Origin: a bacterium | GTDB taxonomy: Bacteria; Actinomycetota; Coriobacteriia; Coriobacteriales; QAMH01 | Length of the DNA: 64,000 nucleotides | Reading direction: 5' to 3' | NCBI GenBank assembly: GCA_963642995.1 | Contig: CAVIIZ010000003.1 | Location: 58,492 to 122,491, forward strand | Position numbers and translations under genes: made by a program | Shown: in pieces, positions 26,566-35,147 of the stretch | Layout of the letters: every line of letters begins with the position of its first letter | Position numbering within the stretch: the first letter of the stretch is position 1 | The notes under the pieces: model-generated | Database searches by the model: none | The model's input: the letters and a program-made list of their open reading frames with translations, nothing else | What the model was told of the DNA's origin: nothing

Positions 26566-26704
26566 CATGTGCCGCACGCCCGCTCGCCGCACCGCAACAG
26601 GTGCAGGCCGCGGGCGCACGAGACGTGCGGGCAAGGGGCGGCGTGGACGCGCCGCGCCGGCCGATGGCAAGACGGGCCGCATCGAACAAGGAGGCGAGAT
26701 AGCG

Positions 26705-27907
26705 ATGTACAACAAGAAGACGGTGAAAGACGCCGACGTCGCCCACAAGCGCGTGCTGCTGCGCGTCGATTTCAACGTTCCCCTCTACGAGGGCACGGTG
26801 GCAGACGACACGCGCATACGCGAGGCGCTCCCCACCATCGAGTACCTGATAGAGCACGACGCGCGCGTCATCATCGCAAGCCACCTGGGCCGCCCGAGCG
26901 GGCACGGCGCCTTCGAGAGCCAGTTCTCCATGATGCCCGTGGCCATGCGCCTCATCCAGCTGCTGGGACGGCCCGTCACCGTGATAGGCGGCGCCGACAT
27001 CGCAGGCGAGGACGCGCTGGCCGCAAGTCTTGCCCTCAAAGACGGCCAGGTGATGATGCTGGAGAACCTGCGCTTCGACGACGGCGAGAAGAAAAACGAC
27101 CTGGCCTTCGTGCACCGCCTGGCCAGCCTGTGCGACATGTGCGTGAACGACGCGTTCGGGGCGGCGCACCGCGCGCATGCCTCCATCGCCGGCGTGCCCG
27201 AGTTCGTCCCGGCCGTGTCCGGCCTGCTCATGGCCCGCGAGGTCGAGACCCTGACGAACATGCTGGCCGCACCCGAGCATCCTTTCGTCGCCATATTGGG
27301 CGGCTCGAAGGTCTCGGACAAGATAGGCATCATCGAAAACCTCATGAACGTGGCAGACGCCATACTCATAGGCGGCGCCATGTGCTTCACCTTCCTGGCC
27401 GCGCAAGGGCACTCGACGGGCACCTCGAAGATGGAGGCCGACATGGTGCAGACCGCGCGCGGGATGCTGGACGCGGCGGCCGAGAGGGGCGTGAAGCTGC
27501 TCATCCCCACAGACGTGGTGTGCGCCGACATGTTCGCCGAGGGCGCGAAAACGCAGGTGTGCGGCGTCGAAGAGGTGCCGGACGACATGATGGGGCTGGA
27601 CATAGGACCGGCCACCGTAGAGATGTTTGCCGCCGAGATCGCCGCGGCAAAGACCGTGTTCTGGAACGGCCCTATGGGCGTGTTCGAGTTCCCCAGCTTC
27701 GAGGCGGGCACGAAAGGCGTCGCGCAGGCGGTGGCCGACACGTCTGCCACGACCATCATCGGCGGCGGCGATTCGGTGGCCGCCGTCAAGAAGTTCGGTT
27801 TGCAAGACGAGGTCAGCTTCATCTCCACCGGCGGCGGCGCGTCGATGCGCCTGCTGGAGGGCAAGCCGCTGCCCGGCGTGGAGGCGCTGCAGGACAAGGA
27901 GGGCTAG
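26705..27907 (+). CDS. pgk: Phosphoglycerate kinase
   Basis: VLLRVDFNVP, ASHLGRP and FWNGPMGVFE signatures. GGAGG upstream. Confidence 0.96.
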   Translation: MYNKKTVKDADVAHKRVLLRVDFNVPLYEGTVADDTRIREALPTIEYLIEHDARVIIASHLGRPSGHGAFESQFSMMPVAMRLIQLLGRPVTVIGGADIAGEDALAASLALKDGQVMMLENLRFDDGEKKNDLAFVHRLASLCDMCVNDAFGAAHRAHASIAGVPEFVPAVSGLLMAREVETLTNMLAAPEHPFVAILGGSKVSDKIGIIENLMNVADAILIGGAMCFTFLAAQGHSTGTSKMEADMVQTARGMLDAAAERGVKLLIPTDVVCADMFAEGAKTQVCGVEEVPDDMMGLDIGPATVEMFAAEIAAAKTVFWNGPMGVFEFPSFEAGTKGVAQAVADTSATTIIGGGDSVAAVKKFGLQDEVSFISTGGGASMRLLEGKPLPGVEALQDKEG

Positions 27908-27910
27908 GGC

Positions 27911-28732
27911 ATGGAGAAGACAGCGGGGACGGGCAATGCCGCCGGCCGCCGGCCGGTCGTCGCCGGCAACTGGAAGATGAACGAGACGGTCGCCCAGGCC
28001 GTGGCGCTCGCGCAGCAGATCAGCTACAAGGAAAACGGCTGGGATGGCGTGGACGTGGTCTTGTGCCCGCCGTTCACCTGCCTGAAGAGCGTGGAAAACG
28101 TGCTCGTGTTCGACAAGAGCTGCATCGAGCTGGGCGCGCAGGACGTCTTCTGGGAAGACGAGGGCGCCTTCACGGGCGCGATCGGCTGCGCGCAGCTGGC
28201 CGAGCTGAGATGCGCCTACTGCATCGTGGGCCACAGCGAGCGTCGCGCGTATTTCCACGAAAGCGATGCCGACGTGGCCCGCAAGGTGGCCGCGCTGGTG
28301 AAGAAGGGCATCGTCCCCATCATGTGCTGCGGCGAGGATGCGGGCGTGCGCGACGCGGGCGGGCATCTGGCCTTCGTCGAGGCTCAGGTGCGCGCCGGCC
28401 TCGCGGGACTCGAGGCGGCGCAGGTGGCGAAGTGCATCGTCGCCTACGAGCCCGTCTGGGCCATCGGCACGGGCGCGGCGGCGGCCCCCGAGCAGGCGCA
28501 GGAGATGTGCGCGCATATACGCGCCGTGGTGGCCGACATGGCCGGGTCGGAGGCGGCCGCCAAGCTGCGCGTGCTCTACGGCGGGTCGATGAAGCCGGAA
28601 AACGCCGCGTGGTTTTTGGAGCTGCCCGACTGCGACGGCGGCCTGATCGGCGGCGCGGCGCTCCATGCCGGCAAGTTCGCCGAGCTGGTCGAATGCGCCA
28701 AGCGCGCAGACGACGCGCGCAAGCTGGGATAG
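27911..28732 (+). CDS. tpiA: Triose-phosphate isomerase
   Basis: VAGNWKMN, VGHSERR and AYEPVWAIGTG signatures. Confidence 0.96.
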   Translation: MEKTAGTGNAAGRRPVVAGNWKMNETVAQAVALAQQISYKENGWDGVDVVLCPPFTCLKSVENVLVFDKSCIELGAQDVFWEDEGAFTGAIGCAQLAELRCAYCIVGHSERRAYFHESDADVARKVAALVKKGIVPIMCCGEDAGVRDAGGHLAFVEAQVRAGLAGLEAAQVAKCIVAYEPVWAIGTGAAAAPEQAQEMCAHIRAVVADMAGSEAAAKLRVLYGGSMKPENAAWFLELPDCDGGLIGGAALHAGKFAELVECAKRADDARKLG

Positions 28733-28895
28733 CCGGGAAAACGGCGCGAGGGCGATGGTGGAGGCGCGCGGGGAGCATGTGGTGCGGCGCGGGTCCGGCC
28801 CGATGCCGAAAGGGGCGGCGCGGCTCGCCTTGACGCCGGCTCGCCCGCGCCGCTCGATTTTCCCCTCCACCGACAAACGCGAAAGGACGCATGCG

Positions 28896-30449
28896 ATGAA
28901 ACCTGTGCTTTTGGCGATCATGGACGGCTACGGCCTGGCGCCCGCCGGCCCCGGCAACGCCGTCGAGCTGGCCGACAAGCCCTTTTTGGACGCGGCATTC
29001 TCCGGCAGGCCGCACACGACCCTGGGCGCGTCCGGGCGCGATGTCGGCCTGCCGGACGGGCAGATGGGAAACTCCGAGGTCGGGCACTTGAACATGGGCG
29101 CGGGGCGCGTGGTGCCCCAGGAGCTCACGCGCATCGACGACGCCTGCGCGGACGGCTCCATCGAGCAAAACGAGGTGCTGGTCGCGGCGATCGACGCGGC
29201 CATCGAGGCCGGCCGCCCCATCCACTTCATGGGGCTGCTCTCCGACGGCGGCGTGCACTCGAACATGGCGCACCTGGAGGCCATGCTGGAGATGGCGGCG
29301 GGCCGCGGTGCGCGCGACATGCGCATCCACGCCTTCATGGACGGCCGCGACGTGGACCCGCATTCGGGCGAGGGCTACATGCAGCGCATCGTCGACTTCG
29401 GCAACCGCATATTCGACGAGCACGACGGCGCGATGGCGCTCGTGGCCACCATCTCGGGGCGCTACTACGCCATGGACCGCGACAACCGCTGGGACCGCGT
29501 GCAGCAGGCCTGGAACGCCATAGCCCTGGGCCAGGGCAAGGGGTTTGCGCGCGGCGCGGCGGTGCAGGCGGTGCGCGCCAGCTACGCCGACGGCATATCC
29601 GACGAGTTCGTCATACCCACGGTCCTCGACCACCGCGGGGTCAACGACGGCGACACGGTCGTCTTCTTCAACTTCCGCCCCGACCGCGCCCGCCAGCTCA
29701 CCCGCGCCTTCATCGCGGCGCAAGGCACCTTCGACGGGTTCGACCGCGTGCACGTGCCGCAGGTGAACTTCGTGTGCATGACCGAATACGACGAGACTTT
29801 CGACGTGCCCGTGGCCTTCCCGAAGGCGCATCCCGAAAACGTGCTGGCCGACTACCTGGCCGCGTCCGGCCTGCGCCAGTTCCACACGGCCGAGACGGAA
29901 AAGTACGCGCACGTCACCTTCTTCTTCAACGGCGGGGTGGAGGAGCCCAAGGAAGGCGAGGAGCGCTGCCTCGTGGACTCGCCCAAGGTGGCCACCTACG
30001 ACCTCAAGCCGGAGATGAGCGCGCCGCAGGTGACGGAGAAGCTGGAGGCGGCCATACGCGCCGATGCCGCCGACGTCTACATCGTGAACTACGCGAACTG
30101 CGACATGGTGGGCCACACCGGCGTCATCGACGCGGCGGTGCGCGCCGTCGAGGCCGTGGACGCGGGCGTGGCGCGCGTGGTGGGGGCGGTGCTGGAGAAG
30201 GGCGGCGCGGCGCTCGTCACGGCAGACCACGGCAACGCCGACAAGATGCTCGCCGACGACGGGGAAAGCCCCTGGACGGCGCACACGACCAACCGCGTGC
30301 CGCTTCTCTTGTTCGCCGGCGACGCGTCGCTTTCGCTGGCCGACACGGGAGACGGGCGCCTGGCCGACGTGGCGCCGACGCTCGTGGACCTGCTCGGCCT
30401 GGAATGCCCGCGCGAATGGACGGGAAAATCTCTGCTCGTGCGCGGCTAG
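28896..30449 (+). CDS. gpmI: 2,3-bisphosphoglycerate-independent phosphoglycerate mutase
   Basis: LAIMDGYG, GNSEVGHLNMGAGR and DHGNAD signatures. Confidence 0.95.
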   Translation: MKPVLLAIMDGYGLAPAGPGNAVELADKPFLDAAFSGRPHTTLGASGRDVGLPDGQMGNSEVGHLNMGAGRVVPQELTRIDDACADGSIEQNEVLVAAIDAAIEAGRPIHFMGLLSDGGVHSNMAHLEAMLEMAAGRGARDMRIHAFMDGRDVDPHSGEGYMQRIVDFGNRIFDEHDGAMALVATISGRYYAMDRDNRWDRVQQAWNAIALGQGKGFARGAAVQAVRASYADGISDEFVIPTVLDHRGVNDGDTVVFFNFRPDRARQLTRAFIAAQGTFDGFDRVHVPQVNFVCMTEYDETFDVPVAFPKAHPENVLADYLAASGLRQFHTAETEKYAHVTFFFNGGVEEPKEGEERCLVDSPKVATYDLKPEMSAPQVTEKLEAAIRADAADVYIVNYANCDMVGHTGVIDAAVRAVEAVDAGVARVVGAVLEKGGAALVTADHGNADKMLADDGESPWTAHTTNRVPLLLFAGDASLSLADTGDGRLADVAPTLVDLLGLECPREWTGKSLLVRG

Positions 30450-30453
30450 CTTG

Positions 30454-30516
30454 TGCTACACTGTCGAACTCGTGATGCGCGAAGGCATCACGCGAGCATC
30501 AAAGCATCAAAAGGAG
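30454..30516 (+). promoter_or_regulatory. secG upstream region: extended -10 TGCTACACT, 7-bp hairpin GTGATGC-gcgaag-GCATCAC, three GCATCA repeats, RBS AAAGGAG
   Basis: -10 at 30454-30462, hairpin at 30472-30491, GCATCA x3 between 30485 and 30508. Confidence 0.4.
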
Positions 30517-30525
30517 TCGTTGCAC

Positions 30526-30813
30526 GTGGAATCAGTCATCAGCTTTCTGCAATCGGCGCCGGTGGTCATCGCCGTCGTGATCGTCTGGGCCATCTCGGCG
30601 GTGGGCCTCGTGGTCTTCGTCTTGCTGCACTCCGGACAGGGCACGGGCGTGTCCGATGCCATCATGGGCAGCGTCTACGGCACGGACATGGGCTCGAGCA
30701 TCATCGAGAGAAACCTCGACCGCATCACCGTGGTGTTCGCCGTCCTCTTCATCGTGTGCCTTTTGCTGATGATGGTAATATACCCGCAGGGCACGGTCGG
30801 CGGCTCTTCTTGA
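30526..30813 (+). CDS. secG: Preprotein translocase subunit SecG
   Basis: 95-aa two-TM protein with LHSGQGTGVS motif. Sits in the conserved position after pgk-tpi-gpm. GTG start after AAAGGAG. Confidence 0.88.
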   Translation: MESVISFLQSAPVVIAVVIVWAISAVGLVVFVLLHSGQGTGVSDAIMGSVYGTDMGSSIIERNLDRITVVFAVLFIVCLLLMMVIYPQGTVGGSS

Positions 30814-30845
30814 GTTGCGGTACCGCTGCCTGTTTTTCCTCGTGT

Positions 30846-30935
30846 GTCGGAGTGGCGGAATGGCAGACGCGCTAGCTTGAGGTGCTAGTGCCCAATTTAA
30901 CGGGCGTGTGGGTTCAACTCCCATCTCCGACACCA
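30846..30935 (+). tRNA. tRNA-Leu (anticodon GAG), type II with long variable arm
   Basis: Hand-folded: acceptor GTCGGAG/CTCCGAC, anticodon arm CTAGC-TTGAGGT-GCTAG, T-arm GTGGG-TTCAACT-CCCAT, encoded ACCA. Confidence 0.9.
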
Positions 30936-30947
30936 GCAAAGCCTCGG

Positions 30948-30976
30948 GGCGGTCCGAAAAACGGGCCGTCTTTTTT
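30948..30976 (+). terminator. Rho-independent terminator after tRNA-Leu(GAG)
   Basis: GGCGGTCCG-aaaaa-CGGGCCGTC (9-bp stem, two G.U pairs) followed by TTTTTT. Confidence 0.7.
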
Positions 30977-31174
30977 CGTGGCGTGTCGTGCGCGGGAAGC
31001 AAGGCGCCTGCTCCGTCCGCACCGCCTCGAAAACGAGCCGTCTCCTCCCTTGCCCGCGCCGCCCCGAAAAACGCCTTGCGCCCCTTCCTTCGACCCGGCG
31101 GTTTTGCGCTATCCTTGTGCGCGTTGTTTTTCACCGCACATGCCCGTTGTCCACACGTGAGGAGCGCTGCGCCC

Positions 31175-31714
31175 ATGCCCGCCTTCGACTTCGAGTCGCT
31201 CATCGCCGAAATTCCCGACTACCCCGAACCCGGCGTCACCTTCAAAGACATCACCCCCCTCGTCGCCGACGCGCAAGGCTTTGCCGCCGTCGTCGATGCG
31301 ATCGCCGGGCACTTCTCCGATTGCGGCGTGACGAAGGTGGTGGGCGCCGAGGCGCGCGGCTTTCTGGTAGGCGCGCCCGTGGCCGCGAAGCTGGGCGCCG
31401 GCTTCGTGCCCGCCCGCAAGCCTGGCAAGCTTCCGCGCGCCACCTTCACCCAGTCCTACGAGCTGGAATACGGGCACACCTCGCTGGAGATGCACGCCGA
31501 CGCCATGGGGCCGGGGGATGTGGCCTTGGTGGTCGACGACCTCATCGCCACGGGGGGCACGGCGCTGGCCTGCGTGAAGCTCGTCGCCCAAAGCGGCGCG
31601 CGCCTCGCCGGCCTGGGCTTTCTGCTGGAGCTCGTGCCCTTCAAAGCGCGCGAGCAGATGGCGAAGGTCACGGACGCGGAGTTTTTCAGCCTCGTCCAAG
31701 TCGAGGACTACTAG
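31175..31714 (+). CDS. apt: Adenine phosphoribosyltransferase
   Basis: YPEPGVTFKDITPL, and the VALVVDDLIATGGT PRPP-binding motif. Confidence 0.94.
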   Translation: MPAFDFESLIAEIPDYPEPGVTFKDITPLVADAQGFAAVVDAIAGHFSDCGVTKVVGAEARGFLVGAPVAAKLGAGFVPARKPGKLPRATFTQSYELEYGHTSLEMHADAMGPGDVALVVDDLIATGGTALACVKLVAQSGARLAGLGFLLELVPFKAREQMAKVTDAEFFSLVQVEDY

Positions 31715-31807
31715 GAAAGCCGCGAAGGCGCGCTGCGCATTTGCGCATTCGCGTCCGCCGGGAAACGCCCGCAACCGCAGCCCGCGTCCGCAAGTGAGGA
31801 GAGCCCC

Positions 31808-32479
31808 ATGGCCCGCAAGAAGAAGTTCGACTATTTCGACGCGTTCGTCCAGATCAGCGCCCATGCCGTGACCTATGCCGAGGAAATGGTCAAGTGGCTC
31901 GAGTACAACTACGAGGAGGGCGCCGCCGGAAAAGTGGGCAAGGTCGAGGGGTCGCTCAAAGCCTACGAGAAGTTCCACGCCATCGAGGAGGCCTCCGACG
32001 AGATCACCCACGAGATCTCGTCCAATCTGGTCAGCGAGTTCGTCACCCCCATCGAGCGCGAGGACATACTCGCGCTGGCAGGCGAGCTCGACAGCGTCGT
32101 CGACCACATCGACGAGGTCTTGCAGCGCATGTACATGTACAACGTGAAGAACGTCTCGCGCGAGGTCGTGGACATGGCCAACATCGTGCTCGAGGCCACG
32201 CGGGCCTTGCACGCGGCCTGCGAGCACTTCGCCGACTACAAGCAGCCGGGCGCCTTGCGCGAGTGGATCGTGAAGGTCAACGACTACGAGGACGCGGGCG
32301 ATCACGCCTATATCCGCAGCATGCACGAGCTGTACAAGCGCGCCGAGGAATCCGACGACCCGAACACGAAGATCGACGCCTTCGGCATGGGCGGCGTGCT
32401 GTCTGCGCTGGAGAACTGCTGCGATTGCGCCGAGGACGCCGGGGACACCATGCTCATGGTCATCATGAAGAACTCCTAG
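31808..32479 (+). CDS. DUF47-family (PhoU-like, TIGR00153-type) protein
   Basis: KKFDYFDAF...HAIEEASDEITHEI...TPIEREDILALAGELDSVVDHI, the typical DUF47 helical repeat. No PiT transporter gene follows. Confidence 0.8.
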   Translation: MARKKKFDYFDAFVQISAHAVTYAEEMVKWLEYNYEEGAAGKVGKVEGSLKAYEKFHAIEEASDEITHEISSNLVSEFVTPIEREDILALAGELDSVVDHIDEVLQRMYMYNVKNVSREVVDMANIVLEATRALHAACEHFADYKQPGALREWIVKVNDYEDAGDHAYIRSMHELYKRAEESDDPNTKIDAFGMGGVLSALENCCDCAEDAGDTMLMVIMKNS

Positions 32480-32515
32480 CATCCGGTGCAGGAAAAGGTA
32501 GTGGGAAGGGCCGGC

Positions 32516-34558
32516 ATGTCGGAAATCGAGAAGATGGATTTGGAGTCGAAAGACTTGGTTGCCGAGCGCATAGAGCAGCTGAGGCAGCTGCTGCCCGAGG
32601 CGTTCGGCGAAGACGGCATCGACTTCGAGAAGCTGCGCCTGCTGCTGGGCGACGAGGTCGAAGATGGATCGGAGCGCTACGCCTTCACGTGGCCCGGCAA
32701 AATGAACGCCATCCGCCAATCGCAGACGCCGAGCACGGCGACGCTGCGTCCAAACGTGGAGAAGTCCCGTGGCCGCGACGGCGAAGACGGCAGCTTCGAC
32801 TCCGACAACATCTACATTGAGGGTGATAACCTTGAGGCGATGAAGCTGTTGTTGCGTGCATACCACGCTTCGTTCGATTTGATTTATTTCGATCCCCCGT
32901 ACAACACCGGAAAAGATTTTATTTATCCTGATACTTTCGGAGATTCTATTGCGAATTACAAACAGCAAGCTGGTCTAATTGGGCAGTCGAATGCACCCAC
33001 TGCTGGCCGTTTCCACTCCTCTTGGTGTACGACCCTATACCCGCGCTTACGGCTTGCTAGAGAGTTGCTTTCCGATACTGGCGCATTGGTTATCAGCATC
33101 GGGGTACAAGAGATTGAAAATCTTCTAAGGCTCTGTGGCGAAATATTTCCCGACAAACAGGTTGTTCCAATCACTGTTCAGACATCCGGAGGTAAGCCTT
33201 CAGGTGGATTCAATCTCTTGCATGAGTACCTTTTGTTTGTAGTTGATGAGGAATTTCAAGCCAATCGAATTAGCCGTTTTGGCGGTGCGCAGAGGAGCCC
33301 GTTCGAAGGTCTTCCTCTGAGTACGTTTAACAAGATTCAGCGCCCTAATCAAGCATATCCCATTTTTATCAACCCAGATACTCTGACTATTGCAGGTGTA
33401 GGAAAGTCGCTAGCGGAGAGAATCAACGACGGGTCGTATCAAGGCATCAAAGGCGACTTTAAATATGATTTTACCGAGGCGCCTTCTGGCACTATTGCGA
33501 TTTGGCCTTATACGGCAAAAGGAAAAGAGTGCATTTGGCGATTGAAGCCTGACCGCTTGTTGTCTGACTGGGAGAAAGGCTATATAAAAGTCTCTTCCAA
33601 CGTTTATGACTCATGCCCTAACGCTTTTAGCCTTCAGTACCTTCCTGATGGAGTAATTAAAAAGGTCGAGAGTGGGCAGCTTCCTGTTGTCGGAGTTGAG
33701 GCAAATGGCAAAACGTTAGTTTTTGGTGAAAACAAAACAGCAGGCGCGCAAATTCCATCAATGCTTGCTGAAAAGGACTATCAAACAGTAAAAGGAACAA
33801 GCCAGCTTAAAGATTTATTTGGCACCGATCAGTCGCCATTTGATTATCCAAAACCTCTTGATCTAATCAAAGACATAATTGGCCTTACGACGACCGATTG
33901 CGCCCGAGTGCTTGATTTTTATTCAGGGTCTGCAACTACGGCGCATGCCTGTATGGTGACGGATTTTGAAAATTCCGAAAATCGACACTGGGTAATGATG
34001 CAGCTTCCGAGCGCCTGCGACCCTGATTCTCCAGCAGCCTCTATGGGGTTTGAGAACATATGCCAGGCAGGTGAACAACGAATTCGATTAGCTGGTGAAG
34101 ATTTAATTGGTTTATGCGAAGAAGCCAACCGTCAACCCAAGCTTAACGAGGAGCCTAAGCAGCTTCCAGATATCGGCTTCCGCGTGTTCGAGCTCGACGA
34201 ATCAGGCATCGAAAAACCTGAGCCTGGCAAGCTTGTGCTCGACGTCGTGAAGCCCGACCGCTCCGAGCTCGATATCGTCTTCGAGATGATGCTGAAGTGG
34301 GGTCTGGAGCTCACGTTGCCCGTGGAGAAAACCGAGGCAGCGGGCTATCCCATCTGGTCCGTTGACCACGACGAGCTCATCTGCTGCATGAAACGCGGCC
34401 TTACCACACAGACGTTTGAGGCCATCGCCGAAATGGAGCCGCGCCGCGTGCTCATCTTGGACTCCGTGCTCGACGACACGTTGAAGCTCAACGCCGTGCA
34501 GATCTTCAAGCACGCGCAGGAGCGCTGCGGCCACGAGATCGAATTGAGGACGCTCTAG
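32516..34558 (+). CDS. mod: Type III restriction-modification system methyltransferase subunit (Mod), beta-class N6-adenine type
   Basis: Motif IV FDPPYNTG precedes the variable region, and motif I-like VLDFYSGSATTAHA follows (beta order). C-terminus FRVFELDESG... is typical of Type III Mod. Central ~1.3 kb is markedly lower in GC. Start ATG 32516 (alternative GTG 32486). Confidence 0.9.
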   Translation: MSEIEKMDLESKDLVAERIEQLRQLLPEAFGEDGIDFEKLRLLLGDEVEDGSERYAFTWPGKMNAIRQSQTPSTATLRPNVEKSRGRDGEDGSFDSDNIYIEGDNLEAMKLLLRAYHASFDLIYFDPPYNTGKDFIYPDTFGDSIANYKQQAGLIGQSNAPTAGRFHSSWCTTLYPRLRLARELLSDTGALVISIGVQEIENLLRLCGEIFPDKQVVPITVQTSGGKPSGGFNLLHEYLLFVVDEEFQANRISRFGGAQRSPFEGLPLSTFNKIQRPNQAYPIFINPDTLTIAGVGKSLAERINDGSYQGIKGDFKYDFTEAPSGTIAIWPYTAKGKECIWRLKPDRLLSDWEKGYIKVSSNVYDSCPNAFSLQYLPDGVIKKVESGQLPVVGVEANGKTLVFGENKTAGAQIPSMLAEKDYQTVKGTSQLKDLFGTDQSPFDYPKPLDLIKDIIGLTTTDCARVLDFYSGSATTAHACMVTDFENSENRHWVMMQLPSACDPDSPAASMGFENICQAGEQRIRLAGEDLIGLCEEANRQPKLNEEPKQLPDIGFRVFELDESGIEKPEPGKLVLDVVKPDRSELDIVFEMMLKWGLELTLPVEKTEAAGYPIWSVDHDELICCMKRGLTTQTFEAIAEMEPRRVLILDSVLDDTLKLNAVQIFKHAQERCGHEIELRTL

Positions 34559-34590
34559 CGGGCGGGAGCGGACGCGATTGCAAGAGGGTC

Positions 34591-34599
34591 TGTTAGAAT
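34591..34599 (+). promoter_or_regulatory. Possible internal extended -10 promoter (TGTTAGAAT) in the mod-antitoxin gap
   Basis: The only AT-rich hexamer in the 83-nt gap, 43 nt upstream of the antitoxin ATG. No good -35 at 17-nt spacing. Confidence 0.3.
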
Positions 34600-34641
34600 G
34601 TGGGAAAGTTGGAAATTTCAAGTGCTGAGAGGCTGCGAAAG

Positions 34642-34884
34642 ATGGTTGCAACGTTGAAAGCGAAGTCGCAGGTGACGATCCCCGCAAACGTCGTCAGGGA
34701 AGCAGGGCTTCGGACAGGCGACGCATTCGACGTCGTCTACAGGGACGGGAGCATCGTGCTGACCCCGGTCGTGTACGTCTCGAGAAAGGACGCCGAGGCG
34801 CTCGGGTTTGCGCAGGACATGGACGCGCGCTACGAGCGGATGCTCCAAGGCGACCATATCCGGCACGACCTTGTCGAAGGGTAG
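34642..34884 (+). CDS. AbrB/MazE/SpoVT-fold type II antitoxin
   Basis: SQVTIPANVVREAGLRTGDAFDVVYRDGSIVLTPV is a swapped-hairpin AbrB-type signature. It lies immediately upstream of a toxin gene. Alternative start GTG 34600. Confidence 0.8.
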   Translation: MVATLKAKSQVTIPANVVREAGLRTGDAFDVVYRDGSIVLTPVVYVSRKDAEALGFAQDMDARYERMLQGDHIRHDLVEG

Positions 34885-34889
34885 GCGGG

Positions 34890-35147
34890 ATGGAGCTGCA
34901 ATGGTCGCCTGAAGCCTGGGACGAGTACCTGTCGTGGCGGACGGAGGACAGGAAGACGCTGAAGCGCATAAACGCCTGTGTCAAATCGATTCAGCGGGAC
35001 GGAAAGCCAATCGGAAAATCCGAGCTGCTCAAAGGGTCGAGACACGGGCTGCGCAGCGTGCGCATCGACGCGAGGAACCGGCTGGTCTACAAAATCGACG
35101 AGCATGTCGTGAGGATAGTTTCCTGCAGGGGGCGCTACGATGGCTAG
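34890..35147 (+). CDS. yoeB: YoeB/Txe-family type II toxin (ribosome-dependent mRNA interferase family)
   Basis: 85 aa, colinear with my memory of E. coli YoeB (WSPEAWDEYLSW...KRIN..V..I.R....GKSELLK...RSVRI...NRLVYKI....V.IVSCR.RY). The stop TAG overlaps the res start. Confidence 0.82.
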   Translation: MELQWSPEAWDEYLSWRTEDRKTLKRINACVKSIQRDGKPIGKSELLKGSRHGLRSVRIDARNRLVYKIDEHVVRIVSCRGRYDG

